From an uncultured bacterium (lineage in GTDB: Bacteria > Omnitrophota > Omnitrophia > Omnitrophales > Aquincolibacteriaceae), in contig CAZSFZ010000002.1 of NCBI GenBank assembly GCA_964606385.1, positions 35,119 through 99,118 on the forward strand: a stretch of DNA of 64,000 nt, given 5' to 3'. A program made the position numbers and the translations under genes. The notes below the pieces were generated by a model. It made no database searches and was not told where the DNA came from. It saw only the letters and a list, made by a program, of their open reading frames with translations. Shown here piece after piece: positions 46,952 to 58,671 of the stretch; within the stretch, counting starts at the first letter, position 1; each line of letters begins with the position of its first letter.

Positions 46952-47953
46952 TTATTTCGCTTTTTTGATGAATTCCATCATCCCGCGGAGCTGCGCGCCG
47001 ACCTTCTCGATCCCGTGCTGTTCGCAGGCTTCGCGCATTTTCTTGAAGTTCGGACGGCCTTTCTTGTTCTCTTCCATCCATTCCTTCGCGAATTTCCCGT
47101 CCACGATCTCCTTCAGCATCTTTTTCATTTCCTTGTGGGTCTCTTTCGTGATCACGCGAGGCCCGCGGGTGTAGCCGCCGTATTCCGCGGTATCCGACAC
47201 GCGTTTGTACATGCCGCTGATCCCGTGCACGAACATCGCATCCACGATGAGCTTCACTTCGTGGAGGCATTCAAAATACGCCATCTCGGGCTGGTATCCG
47301 GCTTCGACCAGCGTGTCGTAACCGGCCGTGATGAGGTCGCTCAAACCGCCGCAAAGAACCGCCTGCTCGCCGAAAAGATCCGTTTCGGTCTCTTCCTTGA
47401 ACGTGGTTTCGATCACACCCGCGCGGGCGCCGCCGATCGCTTTCGCGTACGCGAGGCCGACCTGGAGCGCTTTGCCGCTGGGGTTCTGTTTCACGGCCAC
47501 CAGGCACGGCACGCCGCCGCCTTCGACGAACTGGGAACGCACGAGCGAGCCCGGGCCTTTCGGCGCGACCATGAACACGTCGATCTCTTTCGCCGGCTGG
47601 ATATAACCGAAATGGATATTGAACCCGTGGGAAAAACAGAGCGCTTTCCCCGCCTTCATGTGAGGGGCGATATGTTTTTCATAGATCTCGGCCTGGAGAT
47701 GGTCCTGCGTCAGGATCTGGATGATGTCCGCCTGCTGGGCCGCTTCGCTCGCGGAGATAGGTTTGAAACCGTCTTTGACCGCCTGTTCGTAGTTCGGCGT
47801 TCCGGGGATCTCGGACACGATCACGTCCACACCCGAATCGCGGAGGTTCAGGCCCTGACCGCGGCCCTGGATCCCGTAACCGATGATGGCGACTTTTTTT
47901 CCTTTGAGAAGGTTCAGGTCCGCGTCTTTATCGTAATAAATTTTAACTGCCAT
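46952..47953 (-). CDS. ilvC: Ketol-acid reductoisomerase
   Basis: MAVKIYYDKDADLNLLKGKKVAIIGYGIQGRGQGLNLRDSG matches IlvC. Length is 333 aa. Confidence 0.95.
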   Translation of the reverse strand: MAVKIYYDKDADLNLLKGKKVAIIGYGIQGRGQGLNLRDSGVDVIVSEIPGTPNYEQAVKDGFKPISASEAAQQADIIQILTQDHLQAEIYEKHIAPHMKAGKALCFSHGFNIHFGYIQPAKEIDVFMVAPKGPGSLVRSQFVEGGGVPCLVAVKQNPSGKALQVGLAYAKAIGGARAGVIETTFKEETETDLFGEQAVLCGGLSDLITAGYDTLVEAGYQPEMAYFECLHEVKLIVDAMFVHGISGMYKRVSDTAEYGGYTRGPRVITKETHKEMKKMLKEIVDGKFAKEWMEENKKGRPNFKKMREACEQHGIEKVGAQLRGMMEFIKKAK

Positions 47954-47986
47954 TTTATTTTCCTTTCGTTTGTGACGATGTTGAGA

Positions 47987-48535
47987 TTATTTCTTTTTTG
48001 ATTTTTTTGTTTTCTTGCAACCGCCGCTCTTACCGCCGCATTTGGCGGGGGCCTTGAGCGCTCCCCGGCGGGCCATGGCGATCTGCCCCGTCCGGACGAC
48101 TTCCTTAAGGTCAAAAGGACGCAGCAGCTCCAGCATCGCGTCGATCTTGCCTTCACTGCCCGTGACCTCGATCGTCAGGGTTTCCGGGCTCACGTCCACG
48201 ATCTTCGCGCGGAACGTGTTCACGACATGCATGATGTCGTTACGGTTGGAGGCGTTCGCTCCGATCTTGATCAACACCAGCTCGCGCGCGATCATGTCCT
48301 GGATCGTCAGGTCCTCCACGCGGATCACGTCCACAAGCTTGTTGAGCTGTTTCATGATCTGCTCGACCACACGGTCGTCCCCGTTCGCGATCACGGTCAT
48401 ACGCGACACCTCGGGATCCTGGGTCTCCCCGACCGCGAGGCTGTCGATATTGAATCCGCGCGCCGAAAAAAGTCCCGCCACGCGCGCCAGAACGCCAAAA
48501 TGATTTTCCACCAACACTGAGATCGTATGTTGCAT
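47987..48535 (-). CDS. ilvN: Acetolactate synthase small (regulatory) subunit, with a Lys-rich C-terminal tail
   Basis: The ACT domain begins MQHTISVLVENHFGVLARVAGLFSARGFNI. The C-terminal extension is CGGKSGGCKKTKKSKKK. Length is 182 aa. Confidence 0.85.
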   Translation of the reverse strand: MQHTISVLVENHFGVLARVAGLFSARGFNIDSLAVGETQDPEVSRMTVIANGDDRVVEQIMKQLNKLVDVIRVEDLTIQDMIARELVLIKIGANASNRNDIMHVVNTFRAKIVDVSPETLTIEVTGSEGKIDAMLELLRPFDLKEVVRTGQIAMARRGALKAPAKCGGKSGGCKKTKKSKKK

Positions 48536-48553
48536 GACTATTTTCCTCGCTGT

Positions 48554-50239
48554 TTAAGCCATATCCATGATCTGGTCCAGGGCATTCCCGGCCGGCACCA
48601 TGGGATACACATTCGCTTCTTTGGAAACAAGACATTGGACAACGACAGGGCCCTTGTGGGCCAGCGCCTTTTTGATCGCCGGCACGACTTCGCTTTTCTT
48701 CCGGACCTTAAGCGCCAGAATGCCGTAGGCCCCCACCAGTTTCACGAAATCGGGATTGGACGGACCGATCACGGAACCCGAATAACGCCGCTTGTAAAAA
48801 AGTTGCTGCCATTGACGGACCATCCCGTAGTACCCGTTATCCAGGACAAAAGTCTTTACCGGCACTTTGTTGTAAGCCGCGGTCGCGAGCTCCGTCATGG
48901 TCATCTGGAACGATCCGTCCCCTTCAATGCAGACCACCGTCTCTTTGGGTTTTCCGATCTGGGCCCCCACCGCCGCGGGGAAACCATACCCCATCGTTCC
49001 CAGCCCGCCGGAGGTGAGCATCGTACGCGGCCGGTCGAATTGATACCATTGCGCTGTCCACATCTGATGCTGCCCGACGCCCGTCACCACGATCGCCCGG
49101 TGCTTCGTCAGTTCCCCGATCTTTTCGATCACATACGCCGGATGGATCGCTTGGCCCGCGCTTTCGTACTTCATCGGATGTTTTTGTTTCCAGGCGGCGA
49201 TCTGGGAAAGCCATTCCTTCAGCTCCGGACGCTTGTCCGCCACGAGCGCGTTCAGCCTTTCCATCGCCTGTTTTACATCGCTCACCACGGGCACATGCAC
49301 CCGCACGGTCTTGGAGATCGACGCGGGATCGATGTCGATATGAATGATCTTCGCGTGCGGCGCGAATTTCGCCACATTGCCGGTCACGCGGTCGTCAAAA
49401 CGCGCGCCGACGCCGATCAGGACGTCCGAATTCTGCACCGCGTAATTGGCGAAATGCGTGCCGTGCATCCCGAGCATTCTCAAAGAGGACGCGTGCGTTT
49501 CCGGAAAAATCCCGAGGCCCAGGATCGTCGTCGTGACCGGGATCCCCGTTCTTTCGGCGAATTCCAGGATCGTTTTTTCCGCGCCGGAGATGATCGCGCC
49601 ACCGCCCACATAAAGCACGGGCCGCTTGCTCGCGCGGATCAATTCGGCCGCCTTGGAGATCTGTTCCTCCACGCCTGGACATTCCACATCCGGCTGGTAA
49701 CTTCGGATAAAAACATCCTTCGGCCACACGAACTCCGTTTGGGCGCGGCTGATGTCGACCGGGAAATCGATCAACACGGGACCGGGCTTTCCGGTCGTCG
49801 CGATATAGAACGCTTCGCGCACGGTCTTCGCGATGTCGCGGACATCCTTGATCAAAAAATTGTGTTTGGTCACGGGACGCGTGATCCCGACGATGTCGAC
49901 TTCCTGGAACGCGTCGCTTCCGATCGCGTTCGTGGTCACCTGCCCGGTGATGCAGACCATCGGCACGGAATCCATGTATGCCGTCGCAAGGCCCGTCACG
50001 GTATTCGTCGCCGCCGGCCCCGAGGTTACGAGACAAACGCCTGGACGTCCCGTCGCGCGGGCATAACCATCGGCCATGTGCGTGGCGCCCTGTTCGTGCT
50101 TGGTCAGGATCAGCTTGATCTTGGAATCATAGAGCACATCGTAGGTAGGCAGAATAACCCCGCCCGGGAGCCCGAACACATGCTCCACGCCCTCTTTTTC
50201 AAGACACTTGATCAGGATCTGCGCGCCTGTTAATTTCAT
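48554..50239 (-). CDS. ilvB: Acetolactate synthase large (catalytic) subunit
   Basis: The ThDP motif GLGTMGYGFPAAVGA and the N-terminus LTGAQILIKCLEKEGVEHVFGLPGG are present. Length is 561 aa. An AGAGGAAA SD is present. Confidence 0.9.
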   Translation of the reverse strand: MKLTGAQILIKCLEKEGVEHVFGLPGGVILPTYDVLYDSKIKLILTKHEQGATHMADGYARATGRPGVCLVTSGPAATNTVTGLATAYMDSVPMVCITGQVTTNAIGSDAFQEVDIVGITRPVTKHNFLIKDVRDIAKTVREAFYIATTGKPGPVLIDFPVDISRAQTEFVWPKDVFIRSYQPDVECPGVEEQISKAAELIRASKRPVLYVGGGAIISGAEKTILEFAERTGIPVTTTILGLGIFPETHASSLRMLGMHGTHFANYAVQNSDVLIGVGARFDDRVTGNVAKFAPHAKIIHIDIDPASISKTVRVHVPVVSDVKQAMERLNALVADKRPELKEWLSQIAAWKQKHPMKYESAGQAIHPAYVIEKIGELTKHRAIVVTGVGQHQMWTAQWYQFDRPRTMLTSGGLGTMGYGFPAAVGAQIGKPKETVVCIEGDGSFQMTMTELATAAYNKVPVKTFVLDNGYYGMVRQWQQLFYKRRYSGSVIGPSNPDFVKLVGAYGILALKVRKKSEVVPAIKKALAHKGPVVVQCLVSKEANVYPMVPAGNALDQIMDMA

Positions 50240-50294
50240 CCTTTGTTTTCCTCTTGGATCTGCGGAAATGTCCCGCTTGAGCTACGGAAGGAAT

Positions 50295-51335
50295 TTAAAC
50301 CGCGAAAAAGTCTTTAACGCCCTTCTTGAATTTTCCCTTCCAGGTCTTCTGATTTTGCGCCACGGTGACCTCCCAGCTTTGCCCCATGGATTCCATCCAG
50401 TCAAAGGCCGCCTTTTTAAATTCCAGATCGTTCGCTTCTTCATCGGTCTTGTATTCCACCAGATGGATCGGATAGCCCTTCTGCTGGAGTTTGTCGAACC
50501 AGGCCTGATTCTTGGCCCGTGCATCGCTATCCGCTTTCAAGGCGACATAGAACGGCACTTGGTCCGCCGCGTCGGAGTGTGGGTCGATCAGCTGATAAAA
50601 AGGCCCATCCCACGCCTGCCCGATCAGCGTGGCAGCCGTGAATTCCTTGGGATATTTGACCGCTAAATAGGCCGCGTAATGAGCGCCGAGGTCCTTGCCG
50701 ACGATATAAACCCTCTTTTTGCTGATCGGAAAACGTTCGATCATATCGTTCTTCAAAGACAACATCCATTCATCCAGCCGGTAGGGCGTGTCCCCTTCCT
50801 TCGGCCAAAGAGAATAGGGCGCCAGAAGGAAAATGCTTTTGCGCTGCGCCAACCCCGTCAGGTATTCGATCTGCTGCTCCGCTTTCGCGTCTTCGGCCGG
50901 GGCGATGATGACGAGCGGATAAGTCCGGTCGGTTTTATAATCCTTCGGCGCGAAAAGAAAAACAGGATATTTGTATCCGCTTACTTCCACCAATCCGGAA
51001 GGATTCGAGGCCGTAAACACCTGGGTTTCCGGCATGTCCCTGGAGGCGTCTTGAGACGCTGCTGTAGCGGGCACTGCCGGCATTAAAGGGGCGACAGCAG
51101 CCGCAACCGGCTGGCTCTCGGAAACCGGCAAAGCCACGCTTTGCGCGGACTGGGCCTCCGCGGCAGCTACCACATCTTCCAGCACCTGTTCTTCTTCCTG
51201 CTGGGGCAAGGATTCATCATAATTGGCCGCGGCTTTTTGCTCTTCCACGGGCGTTAAAGCGCGCACGGAGACGCTCCCCACAAAAAGAAATAATCCTAAA
51301 AAAAAGAAAAAAATACTCTTGCGATAGTTTTCCAT
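50295..51335 (-). CDS. Secreted alpha/beta-hydrolase-fold (esterase-like) protein with a Pro/Ala/Gln-rich linker; catalytic Ser and His apparently not conserved
   Basis: The signal peptide is MENYRKSIFFFFLGLFLFVGSVSVRA, followed by a low-complexity linker. The nucleophile-elbow position reads VGKDLGA (Asp in place of Ser). The C-terminal HLVEYKTDEE lacks the usual GH. An AAGAGG SD lies upstream of ATG 51335. Confidence 0.5.
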   Translation of the reverse strand: MENYRKSIFFFFLGLFLFVGSVSVRALTPVEEQKAAANYDESLPQQEEEQVLEDVVAAAEAQSAQSVALPVSESQPVAAAVAPLMPAVPATAASQDASRDMPETQVFTASNPSGLVEVSGYKYPVFLFAPKDYKTDRTYPLVIIAPAEDAKAEQQIEYLTGLAQRKSIFLLAPYSLWPKEGDTPYRLDEWMLSLKNDMIERFPISKKRVYIVGKDLGAHYAAYLAVKYPKEFTAATLIGQAWDGPFYQLIDPHSDAADQVPFYVALKADSDARAKNQAWFDKLQQKGYPIHLVEYKTDEEANDLEFKKAAFDWMESMGQSWEVTVAQNQKTWKGKFKKGVKDFFAV

Positions 51336-51417
51336 TTGAGACCTCTTGATCTCGTCTGCCCGCACAGGCAGTTGGGGACCTGAATTGACGTAACTTGCTG
51401 GAACAAAAGAGGTTATT

Positions 51418-51445
51418 ATTATATGGATAAGCTCCGGAATGTCAA
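51418..51445 (-). promoter_or_regulatory. Consensus sigma70 promoter TTGACA-16-TATAAT upstream of the secreted hydrolase-like gene
   Basis: The minus strand reads ctgcgTTGACAttccggagcttatccaTATAATaataacc. The -35 lies at 51440-51445 and the -10 at 51418-51423. Confidence 0.6.
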
Positions 51446-51493
51446 CGCAGCTGAAAATCGCGGGAAATCGCCTTTTTTATGAAAAAAGCGGGG

Positions 51494-53949
<2,456 letters not shown>

Positions 53950-53953
<4 letters not shown>

Positions 53954-54648
53954 TCAGATCTCCTTTTGGGCAATACGCTCTTCCGGTCCTTCCCCGCGAC
54001 CAGAACCACCATTTCGCCCTTCCGGGGCTTACGTGTCATATCCTGAATAAGTTCGGACAAACGGCCCCGCAACACTTCTTCGAATTTTTTCGTGAGCTCG
54101 CGCGCGACCGCGCCTTCGCGGTCGCCGAAAACCTCCAGCATGTCCTGAAGCGCTTTCACGATACGGAAAGGCGATTCAAAGAATATCAGTGTTTCCTCGC
54201 GGCCCGCAAGCGCTTCGAGCTCATGCCGCCGGCGTTGCCCCTTATTTGAAAGAAAACCGAGAAAGCTGAAACTGTCGGTCGGAAGACCGCTCAAGACCAG
54301 CGCCGTTGTGACGGCGGAAGGCCCAGGCAGGACCTCCATCGGCAGTCCTTGTGCCAGCGCTTCATGGACGATCTGGAACCCAGGATCGGACACAAGCGGT
54401 GTCCCGCCGTCCGAAACCAGGGCCAGGCGCTTTCCTTCTTTTAAAAGAGCCGTAAGCCCCGCGGTTTTTTGCGGAGCACTGTGGTCGTGATAGCTGAGAA
54501 GCGGCTTCGAAATTTCATAATGATGTAACAGCTTCTGCGTCTGCCGCGTATCTTCGCAAACAATGATGTCCGCCTGCTTCAAGGCCTCCAGCGCCCGCAA
54601 GGTGATATCGGAAAGATTGCCGATCGGGGTCGGGACAACGGTCAGCAT
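53950..54648 (-). CDS. rsmI: 16S rRNA (cytidine1402-2'-O)-methyltransferase
   Basis: MLTVVPTPIGNLSDITLRALEALKQADIIVCEDTR is the tetrapyrrole-methylase-like fold. Length is 232 aa. Confidence 0.85.
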
Positions 54649-54653
54649 AAGGC

Positions 54654-55661
54654 TCAGTGATTCCTTTCAAGCACGTAATCCGCGAGCTGTTCCAGGCTGG
54701 TTCTAAAAACGGACGGCGGAAAGATCTCGAGCTCGCGTTTGGCCAGCGTCATGAAGGTTCTGGCTTTTCCGAGGGCGTAATCCAGGGCCCCGCTCTTCTG
54801 GAGGGTTTCCCGCAATATCGAAAGACGCCTGGACTGGCTCCGGGAGTAAAGGATGCGGACCACTTTATCGCGCTCCCCGGACGCGAGGCAGTGGATCACC
54901 GGCAGCGTGTAGACCCCTTCTTCAAGGTCCGAACCGAGGGTCTTGCCGAATTCGCTTTCGGTTCCGTAAAAATCCAACGCGTCGTCCGTGATCTGGAACG
55001 CCATCCCGAAAAAAGTCCCGAACCGGCCGAGCGCTTCGGCTTTTTCGGGCTCGATCCCCCAGATGAGCGCCCCGGTCTGAAGCGCGCACGCGAGTAGTGA
55101 AGCGGTCTTCTTTCGAATGATCTCAAGATGAATCTCTTCGGTCAGATTGATGTTCTTTTTTTCGCTGATCTCCTGAACCTCTCCTTCGCAGATCTCGCCG
55201 GCGGTCTTCAGGAAAAGCGGGATGATCTTGTCGTTCCCGTAACGGAAGATCGTGACGATCGCGCGGTCGTGGAAATAATCCCCCGCAAGAACCGCAGCCT
55301 GCGGCCCTGATTTCACATGAAGCGCGGAGACGCCGCGCCGCAAAGGCGCCGAATCAATGATATCGTCATGGATCAATGTCGCAGCGTGAAAGATCTCGGT
55401 CGCGGCAGCCAGATAAAGCTCCGCGGTTTCGTTGCGTTCGGAAGGGATCTCCTGTCCGGGTTTCAGAGAGCGGGCGAGGCCGGCGCCCAGAAGGATCAGG
55501 GCGGGCCTCAGGAGTTTTCCGTTTTTGGAGAAAAAATGGTCGACCATCTCGCGCATCTTGCCGATGGGCGTGTCCAGCGTCTCCCGGACCAGAGAAGGGA
55601 CCCGCAAAATACCGGACTGAATGGGGGCGTAAATGTCTTTAAGCGTCAGCGTGGTTCTCAT
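54654..55661 (-). CDS. ispB: Polyprenyl diphosphate synthase (octaprenyl/heptaprenyl-type trans-IPPS)
   Basis: The first Asp-rich motif is LIHDDIID and the second is ITDDALD. Length is 335 aa. Confidence 0.8.
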   Translation of the reverse strand: MRTTLTLKDIYAPIQSGILRVPSLVRETLDTPIGKMREMVDHFFSKNGKLLRPALILLGAGLARSLKPGQEIPSERNETAELYLAAATEIFHAATLIHDDIIDSAPLRRGVSALHVKSGPQAAVLAGDYFHDRAIVTIFRYGNDKIIPLFLKTAGEICEGEVQEISEKKNINLTEEIHLEIIRKKTASLLACALQTGALIWGIEPEKAEALGRFGTFFGMAFQITDDALDFYGTESEFGKTLGSDLEEGVYTLPVIHCLASGERDKVVRILYSRSQSRRLSILRETLQKSGALDYALGKARTFMTLAKRELEIFPPSVFRTSLEQLADYVLERNH

Positions 55662-55712
55662 AGGAGGCTGTATTATAACAAAAAGGTCTTTTCCCCTGAG
55701 GGATATTTCCGG

Positions 55713-56612
55713 TCACGGATTCTGAGGGTCCAGCGCTTCTGCCAGGCGGAGGAATTGTTCGAGCGAAAGGGTTTCGCCGCGAAGCTTGGGGGGGAAACCG
55801 AGTTTCCCGAAAAGGGCCTCAAGCTCTTCCCGGTTTCGTCGGGGCTTAAGGGCCTGGGTGAACAGCGCCAAAAGGGTCTTACGGCGCTGGCTGAACGCGA
55901 TGCGGACAACCTCGAGAAGAAATGCTTCGTTTTTCACCCCGACAGAACTTTTAAAATCGTACCGGATGACCCGCGACATCACCTCCGGCGGAGGCAGAAA
56001 ACATTTAGGGGAAACGTCAAAAAGGAACTCGGTATCCCCGTAAAGTTTGCCCGTAACGCTCAGGCGTCCATAGTCTTTTTCCCCGGCCTTCGCAGTAAGG
56101 CGTGCCGCGACTTCTTTTTGAAGCATCAAAACGGCGCTGGAAAAGACCTTCGCGTGCTCCACGAGATGAAAAAGAATGGGTGTGCTGATGTAGTAAGGAA
56201 GATTCCCGATCACTTTGATTTTAGGGACACGTCCGTCGGGACACGGACACGCGAAGGGATCCCGTGGCCCGTGGCCCGTGGCCCGTGGCGCCAATAACTC
56301 TGTCAAGTTGGTCTTAAGGATATCAGCATGGATCAATTGAAACCGGTCCGGGTGTTCCGGCAAAAGTTCCCGGGTCAAAATATCAACAAATTTGGGATCC
56401 GTCTCCACCGCTAAAAGCGGAAAGCCCCGGCCCAACACTTCGCGCGTAACGGCTCCGAGCCCCGGTCCGATCTCGAGGACGCGCTCCCCCGGCCGAAGGT
56501 CCAGCGCGTCCACGATCTTGCGGATCGTATTGGGATCCATGAGAAGATGTTGCCCCAAGTGGCCGCGGATCCGGAGGTTGTATTTTTTGAGTAGTTCTAT
56601 TTGCGTGAGCAT
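55713..56612 (-). CDS. rsmA: 16S rRNA (adenine1518/1519-N6)-dimethyltransferase, with a ~18-aa repeat-encoded insertion
   Basis: GQHLLMD, VLEIGPGLGAVT and IGNLPYYISTP are conserved. The inserted ...RATGHGPRDPFACPCPDGRVP... precedes IGNLPY and is encoded by the repeat at 56223-56290. Confidence 0.85.
   Translation of the reverse strand: MLTQIELLKKYNLRIRGHLGQHLLMDPNTIRKIVDALDLRPGERVLEIGPGLGAVTREVLGRGFPLLAVETDPKFVDILTRELLPEHPDRFQLIHADILKTNLTELLAPRATGHGPRDPFACPCPDGRVPKIKVIGNLPYYISTPILFHLVEHAKVFSSAVLMLQKEVAARLTAKAGEKDYGRLSVTGKLYGDTEFLFDVSPKCFLPPPEVMSRVIRYDFKSSVGVKNEAFLLEVVRIAFSQRRKTLLALFTQALKPRRNREELEALFGKLGFPPKLRGETLSLEQFLRLAEALDPQNP
56223..56290. repeat. GGGACACG/GTGGCCC repeat block inside the rsmA coding region
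   Basis: The plus strand reads gggacacgtccgtcgggacacggacacgcgaagggatcc, followed by the heptamer GTGGCCC x3 plus GTGGCGC (56263-56290). A 16-nt block is shared with the ilvC-leuA spacer repeat (46880-46945). Confidence 0.65.
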
Positions 56613-57601
56613 TTCGCGAGAACGGCTGTCTTGGCAAGACGGAGCGCCGCGAGCATCGAAGAGGCGTCCGCTTTGCCCTGGTAGGCGATATCGAAAGCCG
56701 TCCCGTGGTCCGGAGAAGTGCGGATGTAAGGAAGCCCGAGCGTCACGTTCACACCGTCATGGAACGCCACAAGCTTGAACGCCGTGAGGGCCTGATCGTG
56801 ATACATGGCGATCACGCCGTCGTATTTACCGTGATAGGCAGCATGAAAAAGAAGGTCCGCCGAAAAAGGACCGCAAGCGTGAACGCCTTTCCGGCAGGCG
56901 GCGCGGACCGCGGGCGCGATGACTTTTTCTTCTTCACCCCCGAATTCCTTCCCATGAGGATTCAGCGCGCAGACGGCGATCTTTGGTTTTTTGATGGCAA
57001 GCCCGTGCCTGAGCATTTCCTCCGTTAAAAGGATCTTTTCCAGGATCCCTTTGGAGGTGAGATGGGCACTCACTTTTTTGAGCGGTACATGGATCGTGGC
57101 AAGCGTCACGTTCAGACGGGGGCTTACGAACATCATGGCAAAACGCCGGGCCTTGGCCGTTTCGGCGAGGAATTCTGTGTGCCCGATGAATTTTTTATCC
57201 AATAGACGGATCGCAGCCTTGTTCACAGGCGCTGTCACGATCGCATCCACGACACCTTTTTGAGCCAACGAAGCGGCCTTCTCGACCGCGGCAAGCGCCT
57301 GACGACCGTTCTCGCGGCAGAGCTTCCCCGTTTGAAAGGTTCCCCCGCCCGGAAGCTCCTCTGAAATGTCATAAAAATAAATATTCCCGGGACGAAAGGT
57401 TCCGGAAGTGACGGACGAAACGGTTTTGAAAGGAAGCCAGAGACCTGTTTTTTGGCATAGGGTCTTAAACGCCTGACGGGAGCCCAGAAGAAGGTACGCG
57501 AAACGCCTGGAAGGTTTTTCTTTTTGGAGGGCCTTCACGACAATCTCAGGACCAATGCCTCCCGGATCGCCCATCGTCACTGCCAGCACGGGACAGTTCA
57601 T
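56597..57601 (-). CDS. pdxA: 4-hydroxythreonine-4-phosphate dehydrogenase
   Basis: MNCPVLAVTMGDPGGIGPEIVVKAL...TAPVNKAAI...HGTAFDIAYQGKADASSM matches PdxA. The start was trimmed to ATG 57601, giving an ATGA overlap with the surA stop. Confidence 0.85.
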   Translation of the reverse strand: MNCPVLAVTMGDPGGIGPEIVVKALQKEKPSRRFAYLLLGSRQAFKTLCQKTGLWLPFKTVSSVTSGTFRPGNIYFYDISEELPGGGTFQTGKLCRENGRQALAAVEKAASLAQKGVVDAIVTAPVNKAAIRLLDKKFIGHTEFLAETAKARRFAMMFVSPRLNVTLATIHVPLKKVSAHLTSKGILEKILLTEEMLRHGLAIKKPKIAVCALNPHGKEFGGEEEKVIAPAVRAACRKGVHACGPFSADLLFHAAYHGKYDGVIAMYHDQALTAFKLVAFHDGVNVTLGLPYIRTSPDHGTAFDIAYQGKADASSMLAALRLAKTAVLAKCSRK

Positions 57602-58569
57602 TTGATCGAAATGTAAGCCGCCTTTTTCACTTCTTCCATCCAGTCGCGGAACCTTGCGGCGCTTTTCTCCTGGAAAAGGTATCCCGCGATCTGGTCTTTC
57701 ACTTCCTCGAAATAACGGATTTTCTCGGGCTCGCGCGCTTCGATGCGGAACATATGGTAGCCGACCGGTGTTTCCACGATCTCCGTCACCTCGCCGATAG
57801 AGGCCTTGAAGATCACGTTGTCCACCGATTCGATCATGGCGCCGCGGTCGATCCATTCCCCGACACCCCCCTGTTTAGCGTGGCTGTCTTCGGAAAAATC
57901 CTTCACGATCTGGTCGAAATTCCGGTACATGCGGATCTTTTGCGCCAAGAGCTCGATCCGCTGTTTGGCCTCTTCGTCTGTCAGGCCTTTTTCGCGCGCC
58001 TCACCGCTTTTCTTGATCGTAAGCGATTTCACCTGAACGCGTTCCTTGGTCTTGAACTGATCGGGATTATTCTTGTAGAACTCCTCGACTTCGGCCGGAG
58101 ACACGATCACTTTGGAGCGGATCTCCCGGTCCTGGAGCTGGCGGACCATCGCCTGCTTTTTAAGGCGTTCCCGGAGGGCTTTCATGGTCAAGCCTTCCCG
58201 TTCGAGCAATTCATCCAGCGCCTCGGGTTTTTCCATTTTGGATTTGAAGGTCTGGAGCTCTTTTTCAACTTCCTCGTCCTTGACCTCGATCCCCATCGCG
58301 ACCGCTTCCTGGTACACAAGCTTATCCTCGATCATCTGGCTCAACATCTTGTGCCGGATCTCGCCCATCACCTGGACAAGCTCCTGGCCGCTGTATTCCT
58401 TGCTGTATTGTTCATAGAGCGGTCTTAAAAAAGTATCCAGCTCCGCTTGCGTGATGACTTCATCATTAACGACCGCCACCACCCGGTCCAGGAGCTCTTC
58501 CTGGGCCGCATAGGCCGGGGACACGGAGAGCGCCATAGATAATATAAGGAGGAAAATGAGCTTTTTCAT
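57598..58569 (-). CDS. surA: Periplasmic chaperone/peptidyl-prolyl isomerase SurA family
   Basis: The signal peptide is MKKLIFLLILSMALSVSPAYA. An N-terminal chaperone domain and a C-terminal parvulin-like PPIase (GEVTEIVETPVGYHMFRI) follow. The start was trimmed to 58569. Confidence 0.75.
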   Translation of the reverse strand: MKKLIFLLILSMALSVSPAYAAQEELLDRVVAVVNDEVITQAELDTFLRPLYEQYSKEYSGQELVQVMGEIRHKMLSQMIEDKLVYQEAVAMGIEVKDEEVEKELQTFKSKMEKPEALDELLEREGLTMKALRERLKKQAMVRQLQDREIRSKVIVSPAEVEEFYKNNPDQFKTKERVQVKSLTIKKSGEAREKGLTDEEAKQRIELLAQKIRMYRNFDQIVKDFSEDSHAKQGGVGEWIDRGAMIESVDNVIFKASIGEVTEIVETPVGYHMFRIEAREPEKIRYFEEVKDQIAGYLFQEKSAARFRDWMEEVKKAAYISIK

Positions 58570-58632
58570 GAGGCCGGTATTATACAACAAATAGAAGAAC
58601 TCGGGGAACGGGAAGCGTTTAACGCCGGCGGA

Positions 58633-58657
58633 CCACCCCACCTACGAGGTGGGGTGG
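58633..58657. other. GC-rich perfect hairpin (11-bp stem, 3-nt loop) 14 nt downstream of the mfd stop
   Basis: ccaccccacct-acg-aggtggggtgg forms the hairpin. No U-tract follows on either strand. Confidence 0.5.
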
Positions 58658-58671
58658 GTTGATGTTCACTG

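Noticed and set aside
56263-56290. Tandem GTGGCCC heptamers as a possible CRISPR or minisatellite
   Set aside because: The unit is only 7 nt, there are no spacers, and it sits in-frame inside rsmA. It fits a short repeat or slippage element, not a CRISPR array.
58570-58590. TGTATAAT box 9 nt upstream of the surA ATG as a surA promoter
   Set aside because: It is too close to the start codon to allow an SD or leader for a secreted protein. surA is more plausibly read through from mfd or a distal promoter, so it was not listed.
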